A stretch of 56,760 nt of DNA from Aestuariivirga sp. (GTDB lineage: Bacteria; Pseudomonadota; Alphaproteobacteria; Rhizobiales; Aestuariivirgaceae): contig JBDSTO010000073.1 in assembly GCA_039928255.1 (NCBI GenBank), forward strand, positions 1 to 56,760. Reading direction: 5' to 3'. Positions 38,840 through 47,841 of the stretch are shown one piece after another. Each line of letters starts with the position of its first letter. Position 1 is the stretch's first letter. The notes under the pieces are model-generated. The model had not been told where the DNA came from. It did no database searches and saw nothing but the letters and a program-made list of their open reading frames with translations. Both the position numbers and the translations under genes were made by a program.

Positions 38840-40921
38840 ATGAGCACGGCGCAAGTCACTGCTGTTCCAATCAAGAAGACAAATGAAATAGGATTTGCGC
38901 TGGCCGTTGCGGCTGTGCTGTCGATCCTGTTCGTGCCAATTCCGGCTTTTATGTTGGACGTGGCACTGGCTCTTTCATTCTCTCTCGCAATCCTGATTTT
39001 GATGGTTTCGCTATGGATTGAAAAGCCGCTCGATTTCTCGGCCTTTCCTCTGGTTTTGCTGGTCACCACCATGTTGCGTCTGGCCCTCAACGTTGCAACG
39101 ACAAGACTTATCCTGACGCACGGTCATGAAGGGACGCATGCAGCGGGCAACATGGTTGGTGGCTTCGCGCGACTTGTCATGGGTGATGATTTTGTCATCG
39201 GCTCAGTCGTCTTCGTGATTTTGCTGACTGTCAACTTCATCGTAATTTCAAAAGGTGCCACACGTATTGCTGAAGTTGGTGCCAGGTTCACCCTTGATGC
39301 CATTCCCGGCAAGCAAATGGCGATTGATGCCGATTTGAATTCCGGCCTGATCGACGACAAGGAAGCGCGTATTCGCCGCTCTGAACTCGAACAGGAAAGC
39401 GCCTTCTACGGTTCCATGGACGGTGCCTCGAAATTTGTGCGTGGCGATGCCATTGCCGGCCTCATCATCACCTTCATCAATTCATTCGGCGGCATCATCA
39501 TTGGTGTCACGCGCCATGGTCTTGATGTGGCGACATCAGCCGACATGTTTATCAAGCTCACGGTTGGTGATGGCCTCGTCACGCAAATTCCGGCGCTTAT
39601 CGTTTCGCTTGCTGCAGGCTTGCTGGTTTCCAAGGGTGGTAACCGTGGGACGGTCCAACAAGCGGTCATCGGGCAGCTTGGCGGATATCCCCGTGCTCTG
39701 GGCATGGCGGCAGGAATGCTGGCGATCATGTCTCTGCTGCCGGGCCTGCCATTTTTCCCATTTGCCATTATTTCTGCGGCTTTTGCCGGTGCGTCCTTCT
39801 TCATCACGCAAACCCGGACGCGTGAAAAAGATGCAACCGCAGCTGCCAAGGTTGTTGCCGATGATTTGCGCAACAGCGAAAGCAAGGCTTCTGCCAAGGA
39901 GCTGTTGCGGGTTCCAGAAATTCAACTTTGCCTCGGGCGCCAGCTTTCAGCGTCGATGCTGGTTTCACACGGCGAGCTCGCCCAGCGTGTGGTTAAGATG
40001 CGCAAGAAATTTGCGCATCAATATGGTTTCGTTATCCCTGACATTAAATTGTCTGATGATCTCACACTTTTGCCCAAGCAATATGTAATCAAGGTGCACG
40101 GCACTCTCGTCGCATCTTATGAGCTTCAGCCGGGTTCGCTTCTTGTTGTGACCACTGGCAAGAAAGTTCCCGATACGCCCGGCGATATTGTGAAAGAGCC
40201 TGCCTTTGGTCTAGATGCCATGTGGGTGCCGGAAGTTTTCTCAAATGAGTTGCGCGGCTCTGGTTTCAATCCGATTGATACAATGTCGGTCATGCTCACT
40301 CATCTTTCGGAAGTTGTACGCAACAATCTGGCACTGCTTCTCAGCTATCGGGATGTGCGCGGCATCACTGATACGCTTGAGCCTGAATATAAGAAACTGC
40401 TTGATGAGATTGTTCCGGGCACGATTTCATTCTCCACCTTACAGGCGGTGTTGCGACTGTTGCTGTCAGAACGCGTTTCAATTCGCAACCTGCACCAGAT
40501 TCTGGAAGCGGTGGCGGAGGTTGTTCCCCATACGCGCAAGCCTGAGCAAATCCAGGAACATGTGCGCATCCGTTTGGCGCAGCAGATTTGCGGTGACATC
40601 AGCGAAGAAGGTGTGCTGCGGGTTTTGCGTCTTGGCAGCCAGTGGGACAGCGTCTTCCTGCAAGCTTTGCGGCGCGACCAGAAGGGCGAGATCATCGAAT
40701 TCGATATTGATCCCAAGCAGCTTGAAGGATTTGTTGCAGATGCCACCAAGGCGATAAAACCACAGCTGGAATTTGGCGCAAGCTTTGCTATTTCCTGCGC
40801 GCCCGAAGCCAGGCCCTATGTTCACATGGTTGTTGACCGGGTATTCCCCAATTTGCCAGTTCTGTCTCACATCGAGGTGGCCAAGGCACTCAAGATCGAG
40901 TTGCTGAGCCCCATTTCATGA
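38840..40921 (+). CDS. flhA: Flagellar export protein FlhA
   Basis: [47 protein letters not shown]. Confidence 0.97.
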   Translation: MSTAQVTAVPIKKTNEIGFALAVAAVLSILFVPIPAFMLDVALALSFSLAILILMVSLWIEKPLDFSAFPLVLLVTTMLRLALNVATTRLILTHGHEGTHAAGNMVGGFARLVMGDDFVIGSVVFVILLTVNFIVISKGATRIAEVGARFTLDAIPGKQMAIDADLNSGLIDDKEARIRRSELEQESAFYGSMDGASKFVRGDAIAGLIITFINSFGGIIIGVTRHGLDVATSADMFIKLTVGDGLVTQIPALIVSLAAGLLVSKGGNRGTVQQAVIGQLGGYPRALGMAAGMLAIMSLLPGLPFFPFAIISAAFAGASFFITQTRTREKDATAAAKVVADDLRNSESKASAKELLRVPEIQLCLGRQLSASMLVSHGELAQRVVKMRKKFAHQYGFVIPDIKLSDDLTLLPKQYVIKVHGTLVASYELQPGSLLVVTTGKKVPDTPGDIVKEPAFGLDAMWVPEVFSNELRGSGFNPIDTMSVMLTHLSEVVRNNLALLLSYRDVRGITDTLEPEYKKLLDEIVPGTISFSTLQAVLRLLLSERVSIRNLHQILEAVAEVVPHTRKPEQIQEHVRIRLAQQICGDISEEGVLRVLRLGSQWDSVFLQALRRDQKGEIIEFDIDPKQLEGFVADATKAIKPQLEFGASFAISCAPEARPYVHMVVDRVFPNLPVLSHIEVAKALKIELLSPIS

Positions 40922-41673
40922 ACTGGCTGACGGACCAGTTTCTGTTCAACTATTTTCTGGTTTTCTGCCGCATTGGAGTAGCATTTGGTTTGATGCCTGC
41001 CTTGGGTGGAACGCGCTACCCGCCTATGGTGCGGTTGCTATTTGCCATGGGCGTTTCGTTGTCGCTCACACCTCTGGTGAGTGCCGCCCAACAATTTCCG
41101 GCGATGGGAGATTCAGACAAGCTTCGCGCCATTCTGTTTGAACTGATTGCAGGCTTTTTAATTGGCTTTTGGTGCTCGTGTTTCATCTATATCTTGCGCT
41201 TTGCTGGCGCCTTTGTCGTAAACATGATCGGGCTTGCTGGTATTCCGGGCCAACCCATCGATGAAGCCGAGCCATCAACGCCAATCGCCACGCTGTTGAC
41301 CATGGCGCTTACCGCTCTCATTTTCGCCACCGGTCTGCATCTTCAATCGCTTGAGGCGATGATCATGAGTTATCGGATTTTTCCCCTGGGTGCTGTCATT
41401 TCCCCGCAGATGCCAACGCAAACGACAACGGAGGTGCTCTCACGTTGTTTTTTCCTTGGACTACAGTTCTCGAGCCCGTTTCTGGTGTTCTCAATCATCT
41501 GGAACTTTGCGCTGGGGCTTGCCAATCGCATGACACCACAGCTTTCGGTTTACTTTGCATTCTCAGGACTTCTCACCATGGTTTCGCTGGCGATCATGTC
41601 GCTTGTGGCACCCAAGCTTCTCTATATTCCGTTTTCCGCCTATGAAGACTTTCTCAACAGTGGATTCCAATGA
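40918..41673 (+). CDS. fliR: Flagellar export protein FliR
   Basis: FCRIG, hydrophobic, [11 protein letters not shown]. Confidence 0.9.
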   Translation: MNWLTDQFLFNYFLVFCRIGVAFGLMPALGGTRYPPMVRLLFAMGVSLSLTPLVSAAQQFPAMGDSDKLRAILFELIAGFLIGFWCSCFIYILRFAGAFVVNMIGLAGIPGQPIDEAEPSTPIATLLTMALTALIFATGLHLQSLEAMIMSYRIFPLGAVISPQMPTQTTTEVLSRCFFLGLQFSSPFLVFSIIWNFALGLANRMTPQLSVYFAFSGLLTMVSLAIMSLVAPKLLYIPFSAYEDFLNSGFQ

Positions 41674-42053
41674 AACAATTATCCAAGAAACTGCAACGTC
41701 TTATTGAGGTCCACAACAAGATTGTGGAATGGCATCTTGAAAACATTGCTGGTCTTGAGGTGGCAGTTGCTGATTGTGACAAGCAACACGCCAAGACGCT
41801 TCTATCGATGGAGAAGATGGAAGGGATAGTCTTCACCAAAGGGCCAAATTTTACCAGAATGCTGCAGGAAATCCGTGAGCGCCGCGCCAAGCTATTGAAG
41901 GCTGTGCAAGCCGCCAAGGCTGAACATGCGCGCATTGCAGCAATTGTGGACCGGCTGGACGAAAGAAAGTCAGAAGTTCAGTCAGATATTGACCAGGTCG
42001 AACTTGAAGAATCGATTGACGAGTGGAGCAACACGCAGGCCTCATTCAGCTAG
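41670..42053 (+). CDS. Hypothetical coiled-coil protein (FliJ-like position)
   Basis: ATGA overlap with fliR; all-helical 127 aa. Confidence 0.65.
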   Translation: MKQLSKKLQRLIEVHNKIVEWHLENIAGLEVAVADCDKQHAKTLLSMEKMEGIVFTKGPNFTRMLQEIRERRAKLLKAVQAAKAEHARIAAIVDRLDERKSEVQSDIDQVELEESIDEWSNTQASFS

Positions 42054-42055
42054 CC

Positions 42056-42076
42056 GCAAGAATACGGGTGTAGCAT
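42056..42076 (+). promoter_or_regulatory. Class II flagellar promoter motif upstream of the flgJ-like gene
   Basis: GCAAG-AATACGGGTG-TAGCAT. Confidence 0.55.
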
Positions 42077-42102
42077 CACCCCATCCGTGGGAGCTGCTTG
42101 GC

Positions 42103-42666
42103 ATGAACGTCGACAATATATCCAGCCTGAAACAGTTCCTTTTTGGTGGCTTTGGCAAGGTGACCACACCTGCAAAAACCCCTCCGGTCGCGGGCCAAGC
42201 GAGCTTTTCTTCTCTCTTGGGCAATGCCCGAAAGGTCCATCATGGACCAGGACATGGCGCCACCCCCAATCTCATTGAAGACGTGATGGCAGCCGCCGAT
42301 CCGCAGAAGGCCGAGAACGCGCAAGTTGCCTTGCTAGAGTCAAAAGGCACATCTGTTGCCTCCGCCAAGCGGGATGGAAAGGCCACGGCCATGCTGGCGC
42401 TTGAGGGCACGTTGATGACGAAGCTCGTTGATGAAATGCTGCCCAAATCCAATCATGCGCTTTATGGTTCTGGCATGGCCGGAGACACGTGGCGCGGTTT
42501 TCAGGTTGACCAGTTCGGCGCGGCCTTGGCCAAGTCCGATCCCTTGCATCTTGCACCCACGGAAGGTGGCTTAAAGCTCGCCGCAACCGCTGGCGTTACA
42601 AATCTTTTCGGCAGTGAAATCGACCCCTCGCAACCGGGCCGGTCAATCACACCATTTTCCACTTGA
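42103..42666 (+). CDS. Rod-binding (FlgJ-like, muramidase-less) protein
   Basis: DVMAAADP, LEGTLMTKLVDEMLPK, YGSGMAGDTWR; start re-assigned to ATG 42103. Confidence 0.75.
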   Translation: MNVDNISSLKQFLFGGFGKVTTPAKTPPVAGQASFSSLLGNARKVHHGPGHGATPNLIEDVMAAADPQKAENAQVALLESKGTSVASAKRDGKATAMLALEGTLMTKLVDEMLPKSNHALYGSGMAGDTWRGFQVDQFGAALAKSDPLHLAPTEGGLKLAATAGVTNLFGSEIDPSQPGRSITPFST

Positions 42667-42686
42667 TGAATTTACAGGAGTAACCG

Positions 42687-43064
42687 ATGGATCGTATGGG
42701 TGGCGCAACAGTTCTTGAAGCTTCGCGCGGCGTTGTGGTGGCGCTTGAAGCCATTTTGCCGAAATTGGAGGAAGTTCTCGCGGAAGAGAACAAGATTCTG
42801 GAATCTCAAACTATCACTGACCATGAGCCCTACATCAATAAGAAGAACCACCTCTTGCGGGAGTTAATGGCCGTGCAGCGGATGGACCGTTTCAATGTGG
42901 TTCCGCCAGAATTGAAGAAGAGACTCGGTGGTGTCCGAACCCTGGTTGAAAGCAACCATCGTCTGCTTGCGGCACAGGTTTCTGCCATGACCGAGATTAC
43001 CGACATGTTGACTGCGGTTGCCCTGGCAGAAGATGCCGATGGCACCTACTCGCGGCGACAGTAA
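42687..43064 (+). CDS. FlgN-like flagellar chaperone
   Basis: LEEVLAEEN, KKNHLLREL, C-terminal DGTY motif; AGGAG RBS. Confidence 0.75.
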   Translation: MDRMGGATVLEASRGVVVALEAILPKLEEVLAEENKILESQTITDHEPYINKKNHLLRELMAVQRMDRFNVVPPELKKRLGGVRTLVESNHRLLAAQVSAMTEITDMLTAVALAEDADGTYSRRQ

Positions 43065-43074
43065 CGACTAGGCC

Positions 43075-43545
43075 ATGTTAAAATTCTTGATCGCTGGAGT
43101 ATGGGGCGCCCTGATGACGGGGGCTGGTGTCTTCGGTGGCCAAATGATGAGCCAGAGCAGCGCTCCACCTGACGACGGCAAGCCCAGGTCTGTAGAGATT
43201 TCGCAAGTCTCTACTGAGATCACTGGTGCTCCCGTCATCGCTGAGGGGAAGGTGCTCGGCTATCTGGTATTTCGCATCAAAAGCTCCGTGGACACGAGCA
43301 AACTGCCCAGTGCAAAGTTTGAAGTGGCACCGTTTTTGGTCGATGCTGCGTTTCACGCGTCCTATGAACTCTATCAAGGTGGCTTTCAAACCATTGGGCC
43401 GGGTGATCTCGACAAGCTCACAAAGATGGTGGCCGACCGTGTCAATGTGAAGCTGGGCGATGGGACTGTTACCGACGTTGCCCTTGACCAGTTTAACTAT
43501 ATTCCTGCAGACCGCGTGCGCCAGAACATCTTTTCGCCGAAATAG
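43075..43545 (+). CDS. Hypothetical membrane-anchored flagellar protein (FliL-like)
   Basis: N-terminal TM, PVIAEGKVLGYLV, VNVKLG, DQFNY. Confidence 0.7.
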   Translation: MLKFLIAGVWGALMTGAGVFGGQMMSQSSAPPDDGKPRSVEISQVSTEITGAPVIAEGKVLGYLVFRIKSSVDTSKLPSAKFEVAPFLVDAAFHASYELYQGGFQTIGPGDLDKLTKMVADRVNVKLGDGTVTDVALDQFNYIPADRVRQNIFSPK

Positions 43546-43562
43546 ACTGGCGAACAAATATC

Positions 43563-44240
43563 ATGAAGATCAATCCTGTTCATGCACTTCTTGAAGTCTT
43601 GCGGCAACAATCGCAGGCCCAGATGCAGGCTGCGCCCAGGGTGAGGCCTGGTGCAGCGCAGGAGGCGCTCAGACAGCAGATATTGGCTCGAATGCTGGAA
43701 GGCGAAGTTCTGAAACCCGGCACAACAATCGAGCAGATTCTGGCGGAAGCGAAGGATACCCGGTTCAGACTGGAGATGCTGGAGAAGCTCATCAGCGATA
43801 AGTTTGATGTGCGAAGCGGTTCAGCCGATGGGGAAGGGCGCGCCCTCAATTCAGAAAAGCCAAATCCAGCGAGTCTTGCGAGCAGTAGTGCCACGGACGC
43901 GCTGAACCAAACTGTGCAGCAAAGCAATGGGCGTGCGTGGCACAGCCAGCCTAACCTGTGGAACAATGCCGAGGCTGAGTTTTTAAAGTATCACACTTCG
44001 GATTCCGGTCTGGCTGGTTCTGTTGATCCCCATGCCATCGCGCAGAAGTTTACGCCCACGGTTGAGGATATCGAAAGTGCCTTGTTCAAGGAAGGCGCGG
44101 ACCCTGCCGAATTCGCCAAGTTGTTTCTGGCGCGTGGGGAAGTGCCCTTCGAGCAATCGCAGCAGGGGTTTGGACCACGCTATGTGCCCATCGCCATTGG
44201 GTTGATGATGCTATTTGTCGTGGGCTATCTCATTTTTTGA
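43563..44240 (+). CDS. Hypothetical protein with single C-terminal TM helix
   Basis: 225-aa ORF co-oriented with the flagellar operon; ends YVPIAIGLMMLFVVGYLIF. Confidence 0.65.
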   Translation: MKINPVHALLEVLRQQSQAQMQAAPRVRPGAAQEALRQQILARMLEGEVLKPGTTIEQILAEAKDTRFRLEMLEKLISDKFDVRSGSADGEGRALNSEKPNPASLASSSATDALNQTVQQSNGRAWHSQPNLWNNAEAEFLKYHTSDSGLAGSVDPHAIAQKFTPTVEDIESALFKEGADPAEFAKLFLARGEVPFEQSQQGFGPRYVPIAIGLMMLFVVGYLIF

Positions 44241-44368
44241 TGTCTTTGGCCTTGAGGCATCCTGTCTTAAGCTCTTCCTGAAAGACATGCTGGCACCAGC
44301 TCGAATATTTACAGGATGTTTGAAGAAACACGGTATGAGGCCCAAATTGAAACCTGTGGAATGACTTT

Positions 44369-45172
44369 ATGACCGCCAAGCCTGAGATCGCCGTGCTGCT
44401 TCCTGCCTATAATCCAGGCGCGGGTCTTGTGCAGACGTTGGACAGCATTCGTAAGCAGACGGTTCCTTATCAGTTGTTTCTCGTTGATGATGGCAGCAAG
44501 GTGAAGCCTGATTACAAGGTGGCCCTTAAAGGTATTCCCCACACGCTTATTGAATTGCCAAAGAATGTTGGCATCACGTTGGCTTTGAATGCCGGTCTTG
44601 CCGAAATTCTCAAAGGTGACTTCAAATATGTGGCGCGTATGGATTGCGGCGACGAAATGACGCCAGATCGTTTGGCGCTCCAAAAGCAATATATGGATGC
44701 CCATGGCGAGATTGATATTCTCGGTTCATGGATTGAAATGGTTTACACTGAAGTTGATCGGCGTTTTGTTTTGGATTGGCCCATCGATCATGACAACATC
44801 ACGCGCGATCTTTGGAAGAACATGTCGTTGTCTCATCCCGCAATGATGGTCAGGACAAGTTCATGGCGAAAGCTCGGGCCTTATTCTGTCAGCTACGAAG
44901 CGGCTGAAGACTATGAGCTGGTTCGGCGCGCGATGCAGGGTGGATACCGGTTTCACAATCTCGGCAAGGTGTTGCTGATTAAAACTGAAAATCGCGACAG
45001 CATTTCATGGCGCAAAAGGCGCAGGCAATTGTTCAGCCGATTAAAGGCCCAGTGGCGCTATCGGAAGCTTGGCAACCCGGCATGCGTAAAAGGTTTGGTG
45101 AAGACGGCCATCACCCTCCTCATTCCAACGCCCATGGTGCATTGGCTGAAGGCTGTCTTCGCGAAAAACTAA
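44369..45172 (+). CDS. Glycosyltransferase family 2
   Basis: LLPAYN, VDDGS, ALNAGL, ARMDCGD, HPAMM, AEDYEL. Confidence 0.92.
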   Translation: MTAKPEIAVLLPAYNPGAGLVQTLDSIRKQTVPYQLFLVDDGSKVKPDYKVALKGIPHTLIELPKNVGITLALNAGLAEILKGDFKYVARMDCGDEMTPDRLALQKQYMDAHGEIDILGSWIEMVYTEVDRRFVLDWPIDHDNITRDLWKNMSLSHPAMMVRTSSWRKLGPYSVSYEAAEDYELVRRAMQGGYRFHNLGKVLLIKTENRDSISWRKRRRQLFSRLKAQWRYRKLGNPACVKGLVKTAITLLIPTPMVHWLKAVFAKN

Positions 45173-46108
45173 TCAGAGGCTCAACGCCTCTTTCACGCTG
45201 GCCGGCCATTGCTTCACGTCCAGACCATGTGTTGCAAACAGTGCTACTGCAAGGCGGTCCATGCCGAAGGCAACGCAGCCCGAATGAGCTAATTCGCCGC
45301 CAGCAAGTTTCATATCCCAAACTTGGCCAAAGTGATCCTTGTGGGCATTGAAGCTCATGCAGGCGGTCGGTGCTGCGCCTTTGCGGACGGGGATCAACAG
45401 TTCAAATTTCAGGGCGGCCTGAAGTTGTGCAACAGCCTTCATCTGGCCCACGCGACCAAAGAAGGGATCGCTTGCCTGTTCAAGTGTGTAGGTCAGGCCT
45501 AGGCGGTCGGCGATGACGGTGGCCTTCTTCATCCAGGCTTCGCGGAATTCGAGAACATGGTCTGGCGAGCCGATGCAGACATATTCGCGCATCCGGAACG
45601 ACTGGAAACGGTCGATGTTGGTTGATGGCTCGTGGCGGAAAACATCGGCCGCGATGTCGAATATATAGCCTTCTGCGGGAACAGGTCCGCGCGCGGCAGC
45701 AATGGGATAAATCGGATAGCAGGCCGCGGGCGAAAGCACGAGATCAGATGGTGTGAGAGAGGTTGTCCATTCACCTCCAGATTCATGGCGTCCGGCGGCC
45801 TGCGAAATTTCGGCTTCACTGCCATGCAGAGCGCAGACGCAGCCCAGAAGATTGGGAAAGCTCTTGAGATATCCCATCTTTTCGACGTGGGCGCGGCTCA
45901 TAACGGGTGGAAAGCGCAAGATCTCGGCGCGTTCATCGCGCTGGCTGCTGATCAGGCGGGTCATGTTCTCGATGACTTGCTCATACATTGCCGTGCGCGC
46001 GACGACACCGTTCACACCCATCGAGCGAAACAGCACGCTGGCCATCTCGTCGGCGTGTTCAACCTTTGTGTTGGGGGTGACAGCTGGAAATTTTACGGGT
46101 GAGTTCAT
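45173..46108 (-). CDS. Amino acid:[carrier protein] ligase (atypical SerRS-like class II aaRS homolog without tRNA-binding domain)
   Basis: FPPVM, YLKSFP, PAACYPIYP, FRHEPS...FRMREYV (motif 2), SFNAH, HSGCVAFGMDR (motif 3); candidate Zn ligands Cys/Glu/Cys; ATG 46108 with AAGGA RBS. Confidence 0.92.
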   Translation of the reverse strand: MNSPVKFPAVTPNTKVEHADEMASVLFRSMGVNGVVARTAMYEQVIENMTRLISSQRDERAEILRFPPVMSRAHVEKMGYLKSFPNLLGCVCALHGSEAEISQAAGRHESGGEWTTSLTPSDLVLSPAACYPIYPIAAARGPVPAEGYIFDIAADVFRHEPSTNIDRFQSFRMREYVCIGSPDHVLEFREAWMKKATVIADRLGLTYTLEQASDPFFGRVGQMKAVAQLQAALKFELLIPVRKGAAPTACMSFNAHKDHFGQVWDMKLAGGELAHSGCVAFGMDRLAVALFATHGLDVKQWPASVKEALSL

Positions 46109-46123
46109 GGAAGATCCTTTCAA

Positions 46124-47329
46124 TCAGGCGCGAAGGCTGGTGGGAACGCCGCTCATCAAAGTGGCACTGCCCATGCTGGCAAGAATTCGGTCATTGCTGA
46201 TCATGATGGGTGAAGACAGAATGTCCCTGATGTGACGACCGATGGAGACATCGCCATCGTTGCGATATCCGGCCAAACCGCAGGTGCGATAGCACGTCAT
46301 CACGATATCAACTGCCAATTCGGAGGCTTCCACCTTGGTCAGAGCCATCGCCGACTGGTAATCCAAGGATGCGGCCTTTTCCTCGTTGGTGTGGGTTTCT
46401 TCATAGCGGTTGGTTGCATCATTGAGCAGGGCGCGCAGCATGCGAAGCTTTGACTTTGCCTTGGTCAGATGCATGCCACCCGGCGGCAATTGGCCCGCCG
46501 AGGCGCGCACGGCTTTGCGCACGAAGAGTTCAGCTTTGGTCACTGCTGCCGTGGCAATGCCGGCCCAGACGCTTGACCAGAGAATGTGGGCGGCAGGTGC
46601 CATGGTTTGTGTGTGGATGCGTGCGTAGGAAACCGGGAGAACTTGATCGAGAACGCCAATGGCTTTCAACCGATAGCCGATGCTACAGGTTCCGCGCATG
46701 CCAAGTGTGTTCCACGTGGATGTTGCTTCAAGCGTGTAATCTTCCTTCAGAAAGACGCAGAGAACCTGATCGGAAGCTTCGGCATCTTCCGCGCGGCGGG
46801 CGGTGGTGACGATGGCGTCGGCATAGGCGCCATAGGAAATAACCGAGGCATCGCGGTCCAGAGAAATTTTGGTGCCGTTGTGAAGAATGGACGCTGCAGA
46901 AGAACGAACGTTACCGCCGTTCATGCCTTCGGTCGTCGAAGAGCCCAAAAGCATTTGTTCCAAAACAATACGGCGCATGAAATTTTGCTGCCACGTATTG
47001 CCTTGGCCATGGTTCACAATGCAGGCCAATTTCACCAGATGCATGGCATAAATCATGCCGGTGCTGGCGCAGGCTTGGCCGAGACGGAAGCAGATTTCAG
47101 CGGCATCAGCCATTGACAACCCTTCCCCGCCCAGGGACGCGGGCACAAGAACGCTCATTAATTTTGCGGTTTTCAAGGCTTCAAGTGCTTCAGCGGGATG
47201 GCGTGCGGCGATGTCTACCGCGTCGGCATTCAGGGCGGCCACGCGGGTCACCGAATTGATGCGTTCAATCAATTCAGCAGGAAATCCAACTCCGGTCTCC
47301 GGACTGATTTTCATCGCGTGGTAGTTCAT
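46124..47329 (-). CDS. Acyl-CoA dehydrogenase-family protein (probably acts on carrier-protein-bound substrate)
   Basis: CASTGMIYAMH, SSTTEG, WNTLGMRGTCS, CGLAGY, RHIRD; ATG 47329 with GGAG RBS. Confidence 0.9.
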   Translation of the reverse strand: MNYHAMKISPETGVGFPAELIERINSVTRVAALNADAVDIAARHPAEALEALKTAKLMSVLVPASLGGEGLSMADAAEICFRLGQACASTGMIYAMHLVKLACIVNHGQGNTWQQNFMRRIVLEQMLLGSSTTEGMNGGNVRSSAASILHNGTKISLDRDASVISYGAYADAIVTTARRAEDAEASDQVLCVFLKEDYTLEATSTWNTLGMRGTCSIGYRLKAIGVLDQVLPVSYARIHTQTMAPAAHILWSSVWAGIATAAVTKAELFVRKAVRASAGQLPPGGMHLTKAKSKLRMLRALLNDATNRYEETHTNEEKAASLDYQSAMALTKVEASELAVDIVMTCYRTCGLAGYRNDGDVSIGRHIRDILSSPIMISNDRILASMGSATLMSGVPTSLRA

Positions 47330-47411
47330 TTTGGGACTCCCTGTTTTCCTGAGAACATCCTGCAAATAAGTCACCAATTTCTGAGGGTGGGGGAGGGCAA
47401 TTGCAGTACTG

Positions 47412-47427
47412 GTTAACCAATCGTAAA
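47412..47427 (-). promoter_or_regulatory. Near-consensus CtrA box in the divergent ACAD/carrier-protein promoter
   Basis: Minus strand TTTA-CGATTGG-TTAAC (one mismatch to TTAA-N7-TTAAC). Confidence 0.5.
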
Positions 47428-47526
47428 GATTCTGGTGGATCTTGTTGACACAGCATTCAGCATGTCTCCGTAAACCGCTGGATGAATTTCATCCGAGTCG
47501 ATAGGAAGATGAAGAACTAAGAGGGG

Positions 47527-47841
47527 ATGTCGATGTCTGGAGCGGTGAACGTGGGAATGAGCGAAGTTTCTGTGCCGCCCCAAATCAATGGTCAGCCTGT
47601 ACTCAGTCAGGTTATGACGCTGCTGAAAGGCATTCGTCCGTTGATGGCCAATGGCGAAGCTTATGAGCAGAACACCACGCTCGGTGACGTCGGATTCACC
47701 TCACTCGAAATGGTGAATGTGATGCTTGCGGTTGAAACTGTGTTTGATTTTATGATTCCCGCTGGCGACATTACTCCGGGGAATTTCAAGACTGCGGCCT
47801 CGATTGCCGCGATGATCTCCAGACTCAGGCCTGGCGCATAA
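47527..47841 (+). CDS. Aminoacyl carrier protein (phosphopantetheine-binding)
   Basis: DVGFTSLEMVNVMLAVE (Ppant Ser), IPAGDITPGNF; start could be 47533 or 47557. Confidence 0.88.
   Translation: MSMSGAVNVGMSEVSVPPQINGQPVLSQVMTLLKGIRPLMANGEAYEQNTTLGDVGFTSLEMVNVMLAVETVFDFMIPAGDITPGNFKTAASIAAMISRLRPGA

Noticed and set aside
11204-41673. Non-flagellar type III secretion system
   Set aside because: Export genes are accompanied by stators, rod, hook, rings and flagellins
45173-46108. Call as seryl-tRNA synthetase or truncated aaRS pseudogene
   Set aside because: Lacks a tRNA-binding domain but has intact motifs and an adjacent carrier protein and ACAD, the hallmark of aa:CP ligases
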